A stretch of DNA of 51,448 nt from Callorhinchus milii (taxonomy: Eukaryota): positions 1 to 51,448 of the forward strand of contig NW_024705367.1 of NCBI RefSeq assembly GCF_018977255.1. Reading direction: 5' to 3'. Position 1 is the first letter of the stretch. The number at the start of each line of letters is the position of its first letter. The position numbers and the translations under genes are program-made. The notes beneath the pieces were generated by a model, which saw nothing but the letters and a program-made list of their open reading frames with translations, had not been told where the DNA came from and searched no databases. Positions 37,965-49,668 of this stretch are shown piece by piece.

Positions 37965-40370
37965 GTTAGTAACACAATGTCACAGCCAGAAGCTGCTGAG
38001 GTAACATTAGTGGCTGAGATTGAGACTGGGCTTCTCTTCACTTCCATCTGGGGATGAGGAGTAGAAACCATCACACAATCCGGGGGAAACGCAGTGGGTC
38101 ACTTGGTGGGCTTGTGTGTAGAGGCCACAAGGATGCCCGAATATTTCTAATTAATGCAGCTCTGCCTTGAGTGGTTCATTGCTTTGGTAGTGGGCTGTGA
38201 CCTGGGAGAGAGGCCGTGCACTGGGGAGAGAGAATGTTCCCGGGGTTAATGGGCTTGCCCTCGCGGAAGCGGCTGTGCCTCAAGGGCTTGTGCAAGGGAA
38301 AGTGGCTGTAACCGGAACAGGTGTGTGGGGGCCGTCCTGTAGTGCCCTGGAGTGTTTGTGCCCCTGGGAGATGCTGTATCTGTCGAATGGCTGTGCCTTG
38401 CTGGAGCTGGGCCTGGTTGGAGGTACACTGTGGGCGGTGGGGTTTGATCACTTGGTGTCTGGGGGAGGCTGTGCTTGGTGCTGTGCATTCGACTGATGTG
38501 TCCTGGGGTTAGAGGATGTGCCGCCGGGTTGCTGGGCGTGTTGCCTGAGCACTGGCTGAAGGAGCTGTGCCTTGGAATGATTTAAATTGAGGAGGGTCTT
38601 TGCCCATAGGAGGCGCTGTTCAATTTATTTGCGCTGTGCCCTTGCGTGGTTCTTTGGCCTGGGGCGGTGTCTGTGCCTGGGGTTGTGTGTTCCTGGGTAA
38701 GGATGTCCCTGGGTGCTGTGCCCTGTGGACGATGTGGCTGGGCAATAGGTAAATAGCCGTGACTGTGGTGCTGTTCTTAGGCAGAGACCCTCCTGGACAC
38801 TGCCCGTCCCCAAGCGATTGCATGCGGGAGGGGCTGTGCTCTGTGGAGCGCTGTGCCTGGAGTGTGGGGTGAGGTAGTTTGTACCTTTCTGGTGCTCTAC
38901 TTTAGTGGCTACGGCTTGTGCCTCGCTGTGATGTGCTCTGCACTGAGGGATAGTTTGTGCCTGGGGCAGGATTTGTGCCCTGAGTCGGCGGGGAGACTGT
39001 GCCCTGGTGTTCGGACTTCTCTCGATTTCAGTTTGGTGGTGGGTGCGATGATGCTGTGGTCCTCGTGTATGTTATGCCGATATTTTATACCCCAACCAAT
39101 CCCCACACCCCGGAGTGATTATGCCTGAGCTAGCTGAGCTGTGAGGCTGCAGCTCATACCATGTTGCACTGTTCAGTTTCTATCTCTCTGTGTTTGCATA
39201 TGAATTATGTAAGTTGTTTTGTCACACACCCGATCTATAAATGCACTAATAAAACGACAATATCTGCCTCTGTGCGTGCATCTGTGTATCTGCCAATAGC
39301 GCATTAACTGATTTAATAAGAGAACTGATTTACAACTCAAAGAAAATGTCTTGCATGTGCGAATGGCACAGGGACACTTTTGGGGATTTCCTACCATCGA
39401 TCGATCAAATAGACAATTAATTCAGTCCCAAATTATGAGGTTTGCACGATATTCCGCAACAAAATCATTCTGTTCTCGTGAGATACATATGTTGTAATTT
39501 ATACGATACACATGTAGTAATATACTCTGTAACAAATTTTGGGTGGAATCTGGGCATATTTTGGGGGGAATCTGCAATCTTTGTATTATGTATAATAATA
39601 TTATGTAATGTATATTTTTTCTGTATTATTTAACGTTAAGTATAACAAAATAGCATAACATATAACAATCTACTGTGATCTTAAATACATTACAATAATA
39701 TTATCCTTGTATTTAATATAGCGCCAAAACATCTCGTTGCGCATCACAGAACCAACTGCGTTATGAAACGTCTATATATTTTGTGGGCGAATCGCGGCAG
39801 CGAATCGCGCACAACGGTGTCCATCAAAAGCTATGGATCGAGTGAACAAATTATTCTATTTTTGAATGAATTATTATCCCCTGCAAAATGATCCCCCATT
39901 GACTAGTGGGTTCCTTCTGGCTGCTCTCTAAACAGAGGCATTTGGAGTGCGGAAAATTGCCTCAAAATTCGCCCTGCTCGGTAATCTAAATATACAGTAT
40001 AAAAATGTTTTATAATGTATAATAATCCTAAACAAGTATAAACGTTTAGTTTAATTATAATAATCTAACGTAAAGTATAACAATATACATTATAATACCA
40101 CTACTCTTTGCTCGCAAAAGTAGCTGTAACGAGCACAGTTAGTTGTGTAAAAAGCTGCTGCTGTTAACGTGATATCCGGGTTGCGGACTGAATATCGCCG
40201 GCACTCACTACAACCATTATAATCATTGTTATTGCTGTTGTATTGTTTACCACTGCGACACTCTCCCAATGTGATTGGCGCTCCGCACATGTAAAATGTA
40301 TTGCATCATCCTGGCTGACTGCAAGTCCAATAGGGATCAGAATCTCAATATTGTGTGTGATGTTTTACAG

Positions 40371-40699
40371 AGGGTGCGAGGGTGAGGCTGGTGAACAGCG
40401 GCAGCCCGTGTGCCGGAAGAGTGGAGGTTTACTATGGAGAACAATGGGGCACAGTGAGTGGTTATGGCTTTCGTGGCTCTGGTTGGGATATGTTGGACGC
40501 GGCTGTGGTGTGTAAGGAGTTGGGCTGTGGAGCCGCGCTGTCAGCATCAGGAGACGCTCACTTTGGCGAAGGCTCAGGTCCGTTGTGACGCGGTATGTTC
40601 GGTGCAGTGGAGCGAGTCTGCTCTGAGGCGTTGTCCTCATGGGCCTGGCATTATATTACTGGATTTCACACTCCCATGATGCCGGCGTCATCTGCTCAG
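40371..40699 (+). pseudogene. SRCR gene copy C, exon 3, frameshifted as assembled (pseudo-exon or sequencing errors)
   Basis: 329 nt versus 333 in A; four apparent 1-nt deletions between ~40580 and ~40660, mostly shortening C/G runs; splice sites intact. Confidence 0.7.
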
Positions 40700-40929
40700 G
40701 TAAATAATTCATTTTCTGATCGTTTTTTATTTCTCATGTTTTCGGTAAACCACAGCTTGAGAAAATAGGTAAAATTTCCTGCCGACAGTATTATAGCTTA
40801 TAATTAAATCTGGGAGGTGGCGTCCATGCACCTCGAGTCATTATTCGGCGTCAGAGTTATCGGTGTCATCTGTTCATGTAAATAGCCCTACCTCTGATTA
40901 TCACCTTGTACTCGCAGGGGAGATTACGG

Positions 40930-43203
40930 GAGATGGAGCATAGGATTGCGAGCACAAGACCAATTAGCTCAGAGAGAGAGCACAGACGTGTGTTGAACAC
41001 AAGCGGTGGTGTGGTCAGAGGAGGGCTGAGCACAGGGTTGCTGGAGCAGTGTGGGTTGTCAGAAGAGGGGAGGATATGCACAGCGGGGTGAGCCAAGTTG
41101 GTGTGACCACAGAGGGTTAACAATCTAGGAATGAGCGCAGAAGTTGAGCACAGGGGTGTGAGCTCAGGAATGTCAGCACACGATCGTGAGAATACGGTGG
41201 AAGAACTGGCGGCTCATATCATGGTGGATGCTGAGAAAAGGTGGTAAGCATATGGGCTGGGAGCACAGTGGCATGGTGAGAAGAGGTGGGTATTGTGAGC
41301 AGAAGTGGCGTGCAACAAGTGGGAGAATATGGGGCAAGTGCACGATACGAGGCTTTGTACAGGGTGGGGTGATGAGCACATGGGGTGAGCACAGTGAAGC
41401 TGAGCATAGGGGTAGCATAATGGTGGAGCACAGGGTGTTCAGCAAAAGGGGTTGTGCACATGGGACTTATGCACATGAAAGTGTTGAGCATAGGCAGCGG
41501 TGAGCACAGGGACAGTAAGAATTGTGAGGGTCAACAAAGGGGTGTGTGAACCCGGGGAGGGGGGGCTGGGGCAAAGCAACCAATGGATGAGTATACGGGG
41601 ATGATCAAAACGGTGGTAAAAGTATGGGGATGAGCACAGCAGGTTTGAGCAAACAGGCGCGAGCAGAAGTTGGAGAGAATATTTTGGGTGAAAACAGTGG
41701 CGTTCAGAAAAGGGAGGTGAGGACAGAGATGAGGGCTCAACGTGGGAAAGCGTATAAAACAACTCATTTGTTAATACTTGAGGACATGGCGAGGGTTGAG
41801 GACAGAGTGGGAGCAGTAGGGAAGGTGAAAACCACGTTAGCGTAAGTACATGGGAAGCATGAGAGCAGAGGGTGAGAGCAGGATGCTGCGCACAGGTCGG
41901 TGAGCCAGTTGATTGGCAGGGAACAGGAGCACAAATTGCTGAGCAGAGAGAGACGACTTTAGTGGGAGCACAATGGGGGCTGCACAGGGCCAGGGGTAAG
42001 CAAAGGAATGTGAGCAATGTGTGTGCGCAAAGGTGTGCTTTAAATAGTGGTGGGTGAACACAGGCGGCTGAGCATTGGGAGAGTGACCACAGTGGGTGTT
42101 GGGCGCAAGATTGGGGTTGAAGTCCAGCGAAGTTTAAGCACAGGGCGTAGGAGCACAGAGGGGTAACAGCATTGGAATGAGTACAGGTAGCTGTGCTCAG
42201 GGAGGTGAGCTCAGATGAGTGAGCAAACAGTGATCAGACTAAGTTTTGGGTGAAGACAAGCTCGGTGAGCAAAGGAAGGTGAGTAGACGGAAGGTGAGAA
42301 CATGTTAGGAGGATTTGCGGGGTGGGGGGTTGAAGCAAGGTGTGTGCCGAGTGCAGTGTTGAGAACAGACGGAGCGTGAGCACAGACGTATGGCTGAGCA
42401 TAAGCTGGGAGCCAAAGGAGGGAAAACAAGTGGTTTGATCACACGGGTTAAGTAACAGCTAGGTGAACATGGTGGGTGTGTGGGGGGGGAAGGGTGTGGA
42501 AGGGGACTGAGTACAGGGTTAGTGAGCGGATGGATTGCGTGCGGAAGAGGTGAATATAGGATGGTGACCACAATGGAGAGTGGAAGCAAAGGGTGGGAGC
42601 ACACTGTGGTGAACACAGTGGTATCAGGGTTGTGGCGTGTTTCTGCACAGGGCGACGAGCATAGGGATTGTGATCACATAGGGGATGAATAGTCCTGTAG
42701 CTCACTGGATAGAGCGCTCGCCTTGCAAGCGAGGTGCCAGGCAAGTCGAAACCTTCGTCAAGTTTCCTTACTCCACACGCCAAATGATGATCTCTCCAAA
42801 AAACAAAATCCAATAATGGATTGACCATTTTCAAACCATGGCTGATTGTGGGACACAGCTGTGCGCAATTGGCTGCCGCGTTTCGTCCACAAGTATACGG
42901 TCGATTCACTTTACAGTCTATTCCACTAAGCGCTTTGAGACGTCGACGAGACGTGAAAAGCGCGGTATCAAATGCAACGATCATTATTATTATTGGGACA
43001 AAACCAGGGGGTTGTGCACACGGCTGGTCGGGTAGTAAGGACAGGGTGCGAGCACAAGGCGGTGAGAACAGGGCGGCTGAACAAGTGAGGTTGAGAAAAG
43101 GGTGGTGACACCTCGATTTGGTAATCACAAAGTGGGGTACGGGGGAGAAGAGAGGGAGGAGAAAACGGGGAGGGGTGCACAGGGTGGAATGCGAACAGCA
43201 GAG
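40930..43203 (+). repeat. GAGCAC repeat region, copy C
   Basis: As in copy A; interrupted by a SINE at 42690. Confidence 0.85.
42690..42993 (+). mobile_element. SINE in intron 3, copy C
   Basis: Head agtcctgtagctcactggatagagcgctcgccttgcaagcgag, conserved body, attattattatt tail. Confidence 0.88.
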
Positions 43204-43233
43204 NNNNNNNNNNNNNNNNNNNNNNNNNNNNNN
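43204..43233. other. Assembly gap (30 N)
   Basis: Run of N. Confidence 1.
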
Positions 43234-43644
43234 GTCAATCCCTACGGAGATTATCTGTCATGTCAAATATCAGTAGCGTTAAGGTCCGCAACTGCGGGAC
43301 GTTACCACCACCCGCCCCCTTTGGTGGTAATCTGTGGTCATTCTTCTGTGCACAAGCTCTTATGTTCCACCACGTTTCCTCACCCAATTGTGGTGCGTCC
43401 CATGTGCTTCACCGCAGTGGTCAGCTCAGTGTGCTCACCCACCTGTGAGCTTCACCCTCTGCTGACGCCCCTGTGCTAATCCCCCTGCGCTCAGCGGCAT
43501 TTGAAGTCCTAAATAATTTTTTTCAACAGCTTCACATATCCCTGACGCAAAAAAGTGACTTTATTTTGCAATGCGACGCTCAAAGATCGGTCTACCTGAG
43601 GCGCTCTCTCAAACATTCGATGTATTGATCATTCCGTGCTATAC

Positions 43645-43677
43645 CTCAGTGGGATATTCTAAATTTGGCTTTTCTTT
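43645..43677 (-). CDS. Candidate downstream exon of copy D ((E)RKAKFRISH-stop)
   Basis: Minus-strand tgtctgtaccctctctcag| acceptor, 33 nt, |gtatag donor-like; phase-1 reading reaches TGA at 43648-43646. Splice signals only, no homology. Confidence 0.3.
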
Positions 43678-43889
43678 CTGAGAGAGGGTACAGACACGAT
43701 GATCCTAATTGACTTCTTATGTGCTGTGCATTTGCATGAAACTGTTTCCAATTCGGCACCAAGGAGACCCAGTTATTCTACCTCTTATGATGGTAATCAA
43801 GGGTTGGGTAATCAGGAATGCATAAAACCTGTAAAAGTTTGGCAGACATTGCACTGAGCGGTGTCATTTGCGGAGTCGGATACATATAA

Positions 43890-44118
43890 CAATAATCACT
43901 CCAAAACAACAACACAATATTATACTGGTCATTTTAAATACACGACTGTTTGTGGGACACTGTTATGCGCAATTGGCTGCCGCATTTCGCCCACAAATAT
44001 AGGGTCAATTCATTTTACAGTCTTTTCTGTGAAGCAATTTGAGACGTCGAGAAGTCGTGAAAAGCGCTATATCAAATATACCAAATGCAAGGATTATAAT
44101 CATTATATTATTATTAAA
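43890..44118 (+). mobile_element. SINE 3' portion
   Basis: cacgactgtttgtgggacactgttatgcgcaattggctgccgc...gtgaaaagcgctatatcaaat...attattattatt. Confidence 0.85.
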
Positions 44119-44439
44119 TGATATTATAATCCAGCAGTACCTCAACAGCGCAGGAAAGTCAGCGAGGCAACACAGTTTTGCCATCTTACGACTTACATTG
44201 TCTGTGTTTAGTTAGCAAGGATGCATACCTCCAGAGAGATAGTACACATTGTATTTCAATGAAAGGGGAATTCCCATTTTTGGTGGGTTGCACAGAACTA
44301 CTAGTGTTTAGTTCGGATCATCGCAATCGTTACGTGTTTGAAAATGACACACAACTGAGCGCAATAAAAATTAGTGAACCGTACTTGCAATTCAGGTCAC
44401 CAAATTATGATGCGGAGGAGGCTGGTGTGTGTCATTAGA

Positions 44440-45655
44440 AACGTGCCCCCGTGCTGAGGATTGCGCTTTGTAAGTGTTTCTTTGTGTGTTTATGTGCATG
44501 TTTAAAGCCGTAAAGTGCCTTCGGTGCCTAGGGTGACGCTGTGGGTTTGTGTATGTGTTTGTTAGAGGCTGCAATGTGCCTTCGGTGCTCAGGTTGGCGT
44601 TGTGTGTTTGTTTGTATGCCTGTGTTGATGTTCGAGTGAGTCTGTAATGTGCCTTCAGTGCTGAGAGCGCCGCTGAATGTGCGCGAGAGTCTGCAAATAT
44701 GTCCCGAAAACTGAGTCAATCGCTGTGGTTGTTTGCATAGTGCTGAGAATGACATTATGTGCGTATGAAAGAGAGTCTATTGTGCCTCTACGGTATAATA
44801 ATAGTGTGTGCGTCTCTGTCTGTGCGTGTGCTTGTATGCACAGGATGCTTTAAATGTGCTGAGTTGTGAGAATGGAGCTGTGGTTGAGTGATCTCCTGTA
44901 ATGTGACGCCAGTGCTGAGGGTCCCGCGATGTGTGTTTGAAAGCTGTTGTAATGTTTCCCTAGCGCTGAGAGTGGCGCTGTGGGTGAGTGAGAGCACAAA
45001 AGTTTGCCCCAATACTGAAGATGGTGTTGTGTTTGCGAGAGAGGCTGTAACGTTCCTCCAGTGCTGAGGGTGGTGTTCCGTGTGAGTAGGTGTGCGCATG
45101 CGTATGTGAGAGAGCCTATAATGTGCCCAAGTGCTAAGCGTAGCGCTGTCAGGGAGTGAGGGAGAGATAGAGGCAGAAGTGTGCCGCCAGTGCTAAGGGC
45201 GACGTTGTGTTGGTGTGTATGTGCGAGAGAAGCAGTAATGTGCACCCGGTACTGAGAGTGTCGCTGTGGGTGTGAAACAGAGTCTGCAACGCGCCTCCAG
45301 TGCTGAGAGTGGCGCTGTGTGTGAGAGAGGCTGCAATGTGCCTCCAGTGCGAAGAGTGGCGCTATCTGTGTGTGTGTGCGCGCGCGCGTGTGTGTGATTA
45401 TTTGATTATCAGCTGTAATGTTTCCCCATTGTTCAGGGTGGCGCTGTGTATACATACGATGTGAGAGCGAGAGAGCGAATCGATGATGTGCAACCAATGC
45501 AGAGGATGGCGCTGTGTGTGTGTTTCTGTGTCTGTGTGTGTGTGCATGTCTGTGTGTGCGTGTGTGTCTGTGTGTGACTGTGTGTGTGTCTGCGTTTGTG
45601 TGTGTGTGAGTGTAAATGGCTTTAATGTGCCCTCGTGCTGAGGGTGGCACATTAT
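44440..45655 (+). repeat. Array of ~18-20 conserved ~33-bp cores (CTGYAATGTGCCTCCAGTGCTGAGRGTGGCGCTGTG) separated by variable TG-rich spacers
   Basis: Clear examples at ~44568, 44641, 44896, 45044, 45284, 45331, 45412, 45620. Confidence 0.88.
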
Positions 45656-45719
45656 GAATGTATGTGTGTGTGTTGTGTATCTACGTATGTAAGATATTGC
45701 AATGTGATTGTGAGATGAG

Positions 45720-48700
45720 TGCTGCCCGCACTTGTGCACAACTCTCCGTAATCTCCCATTCCCCTGTGATCCTACGCCACTGTGCTCACGCTCTCTGCTC
45801 ACCCTCTGGGCTCTATCCTAATGTGCTTTCCCCCATCTGTTCACTCTCCCTGTACTAACCGCCGAAGTTCTCAACAACCCTTTGCTCAATCCCAATATGC
45901 TCACAACCTGTATTCACGCCCAATGCTCCCCCCTAGGCCCACCGACTGTGCTCATCCGCGGTGCTCACGCACCCGTGCTGCACACCATTGCTCTCAAAAC
46001 CTGTGCTCACATCCTGTGCTCATCCTCAGTACTCAATCCCTGTGTTCAGCCGCCTCTGCTCACCGCCACTGTGCTCACCTCAACTGGTGCTCAACTCCAC
46101 CTCCCTGTGCTCAACATTCACTTTCCTGAGCTTCTTCGCTTCACACATGCTACCTACCTCTTCTCACCCTCTAGGATCACCTCCTTCACTCAGATCCCCG
46201 TTCACCAATCGTGTGCTCACCCACCAGTGTGCTCTCCCCTGGGCTATCAGCCACTGTGCTTAGACACTATGTACTCTCCCTGTACTCACTTCCATGTTTG
46301 CTACATCACACTCTCTACTCAGAAACCTCTACTTAGCCCCTGTGCTCAATATACCGCGTGGTGTGCTCAGCTCCCTGGTCTCATCCCCACTTTGCTGAGC
46401 ACCCTCACTTTGCTCTCTCCGTCCTTCTGTTCATAACACAGTGCGTGCCATCCACTGTTCTAAGCTCATCCGTATGTTTACCCCCGACCCGCTCGATGCT
46501 TACCTCCCTGTGGTCACCCAGCTCCATATGTGCTCAGCCCCCTGTATTATTTCCCCTTTGCGCAGCCCCCTGTGTTCAGGCGTCTAACCTCTCCACCTCC
46601 TCTTCTCACCCCCCACGCGTTACTCAGCCCCACATATTCAGCCCGTGTGCTCAACTCCAGTCATCAACACCCTGTGCTCACCAATATGCCGCTATGCCCA
46701 CCGCTATGTTCATAAATTTCACCAATTTCCTTACTCATTCCCTCGCCTGTGCTCTCTCCCCAGCTCCGTACTGAGCCCCCGTGCCCCTTTGCTCAGCCGC
46801 CTCCCTGTGTAACCACTCTTAATTTTGACCAGTGCTCACCCAACTATGCTGTCCGACTCAGTGTGCTCAAACCTCTCTGCTTACCACACTGTGCTCATCT
46901 CCCAGTTATTACCACCCAGTGCTCACAAATCCCGTGCGCAACCCCTTTAAGGTCAACGCCCCCAGGGCCACCACACTATGTTCACCCGCCCCACTATGCT
47001 CACCACAATGTGCTCACCTCTCACTGTGCTCACACCTCCCATACGCACAGCAACCTTTTGTTCAACCTTCCAATGCTGACCCGCTGTGTGCTCAACAGCT
47101 GTGCTCTTTCCGTTCCCTGTTCCCAAACCCCAATGCAAAAGCCCTGTTTTCTCCCATCCATATGCCCTCTTGCTGTTCGCATTCCATCCTGTGCACCCCT
47201 CCCCGTTTTCTCCTCCCTCTCTTCTCCCCCTTCCCCCACTTTGTGATTACCAAATCGATGTGTCACCACCCTTTTCTCATCCTCACTTGTTCAGCCGCCC
47301 TGTTCTCACCGCCTTGTGCTCGCACCCTGTCCTTACTACCCGACCAGCCCTGTGCAAAACCCCCTGGTTTTGTCCCAATAATAATAATGATCGTTGCATT
47401 TGACACAGCGCTTTTCACGTCTCGTCGACGTCTGAAAGCGCTTAACGGAATAGACTGTAAAGTGAAAAGACCGTATACTTGTGGACGAAACGCGGCAGCC
47501 AATTGCGCACAGCTGTGTCCCACAAGCAGCCTTGGTTTGAAAATGGTCAATCCATTATTGGATTTTGTTTTTTGGAGAGATCATCATTTGGCGTGTGGAG
47601 TAAGGAAACTTGATGAAGGTTTCGAACTGCCTGGCACCTCGCTTGCAAGGCGAGGGCTCTATCCAGTGAGCTACAGGACTCTTCTTCCCCTATGTGATCA
47701 CAATCCCTATGCTCGTCGCCCTGTGCAGAAACACGCCACAACCCTGACACCACTGTGTTCACCACACTGTGCTCCCACCTTATTGCTTCCACTCTCCCCT
47801 GTGGTCACCATCCTATATTCACCTCTTTCGCACGCAACCCATCCGCTCACTAACCCTGTACTCAGCCTCCTTCCACACCCCCCCCTCCACACACACTCCC
47901 ACCATGTTCACCCAGCTGTTACTTAACCCGTGTGATCAAACCGCTTGTTTTCCCTCCTTTGGCTCCCAGCTTATGCTCAGCCTTACGTCTGTGCTCACGC
48001 TCCGTCTGTTCTCAACACTGTCCTCGGCACACACCTTGCTTCAACACCCCACCCCGCAATCCTCCTAACATGTTCTCACCTACCGTATACTCACCTTCCT
48101 TTTTTCACCGCGCTTGTCTTCACCCACAACTTAGTCTCATCACTATTTGCTCACTCATCTGAGCTCAACTCCCTGAGCACAGCTACCTGTACTCATTCCA
48201 ATGTTGTTACCCCTCTGTGCTCCTACGCCCTGTGCTCACACTTCCCTGGACTTAAACCCGAATCTTGCGCCCAACACCCACTGTGGTCACCCTCCAAATG
48301 CTCACCCGCCAGTGTTCACCCATCACTATTTAAAGCACACCTGTGCGCACACACATTGCTCACATTCCTTTGCTTACCCCTGGCACTGTGCAGCCTCCAT
48401 TGTGCTCCCACTAAAGTCGTCTCTCTCTGCTCAGCAATTTGTGCTCCTGTTCTCTGCTCAATCAACTGGCTCACCGACCTGTGCGCAGCATCCTGCTCTC
48501 ACCCTCCCCCCCCCCCCACACTGCTCTCACGCTTCCCATGTACTTACGCTAACGTGGTTTTCACCTTCCCTACTGCTCCCACTCTGTCCTCAACCCTCGC
48601 CATGTCCTCAATTATTAACAAATGAGTTGTTTTATATGCTTTCCCACGTTGAGCCCTCATCTCTGTCCTCACCTCCCTTTTCTGAACGCCACTGTTTTCA

Positions 48701-49440
48701 CCCAAAATATTCTCTCCAACTTCTGCTCGCGCCTATGTGCTCAAACCTTCTGTGCTCATCCCCATACTTTTACACCACTTTGGTCATCCCCTATACTCAT
48801 CCATAGGTTGCTTTGCCCCAGCCCCCGCTCCCCGGGTTCACACACCCCTTTGCTGACCTCACAATTCTTACTGTCCCTGTGCTCACCGCTGCCTATGCTC
48901 AACCCTTTCATGTGCATAGTCCATGTGCACATTTTGCTGACACCCTGTGCTCCACCATTACCCTATGCTCAGCTTCACGTGCTCACCCATTGCTCATCAC
49001 CCCACCCTGTACAAAGCCTCTTATCGTGCACTTGCCCCATGTTCTCCCACTTGTTGCACGCCACTTCTGCTCACAATACCCACCTCTTCTCACCATGCCA
49101 CTGTGCTCCCAGCCCATATGCTTACCACCTGTTCTCAGCATCCACCATGATCTGAGCCGCCAGTTCTTCCACCGTATTCTCACGATCGTGTGCTGACATT
49201 CCTGAGCTCACACCCCTGTGCTCAACTTCTGCGCTCATTCCTAGATTGTTAACCCTCTGTGGTCACACCAACTTGGCTCACCCCGCTGTGCATATCCTCC
49301 CCTCTTCTGACAACCCACACTGCTCCAGCAACCCTGTGCTCACCCCTCCTCTGACCACACCACCGCTTGTGTTCAACACACGTCTGTGCTCTCTCTCTGA
49401 GCTAATTGGACTTGTGCTCGCAACCCTATGCTCCACCTCC
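45720..49440 (-). repeat. GAGCAC repeat region, copy D (full ~3.7 kb extent; TGTGCTC on +)
   Basis: tgtgctca/caccc motifs throughout; C-rich on +. Confidence 0.87.
47377..47682 (-). mobile_element. Orthologous SINE in intron 3, copy D
   Basis: Reverse complement of 42690-42993 in the same flanking context. Confidence 0.88.
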
Positions 49441-49668
49441 CGTAATCTCCCCTGCGAGTACAAGGTGATCATCAGAGGTAGGGCTATTTACATGAACAGA
49501 TGACACCGATAACTCTGACGCCGAATAATGACTCGAGGTGCATGGACGCCACCTCCCAGATTTAATTATAAGCTATAATATTGACGGCAGGAAATTTTAC
49601 TATTTTCTCAAGTTGTGGTTTACCGAAAACATGAGAAATAAAAAACGATCAGAAAATGAATTATTTAC

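Larger units (their letters stand above)
28298..43203 (+). repeat. Segmental duplication unit, copy C (leader exons plus frameshifted SRCR exon)
   Basis: 28298 onward matches position 1 onward and stays colinear with copy A, extending further 3' than A. Confidence 0.95.

Noticed and set aside
45284..45320. Iron-responsive element (CAGTGC loop in the array cores)
   Set aside because: No 5-bp upper stem with C bulge, and it is antisense to the copy D gene
44440..45655. Repeat-spacer array as a CRISPR
   Set aside because: Eukaryotic context, degenerate repeats, microsatellite-like spacers of variable length, no cas genes
46832..47926. 364-aa ORF and overlapping Pro/Cys/Leu-rich ORFs at 45.8-49.2 kb
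   Set aside because: C-rich degenerate repeat lacking stop codons; the frame runs through an antisense SINE; no domain signature
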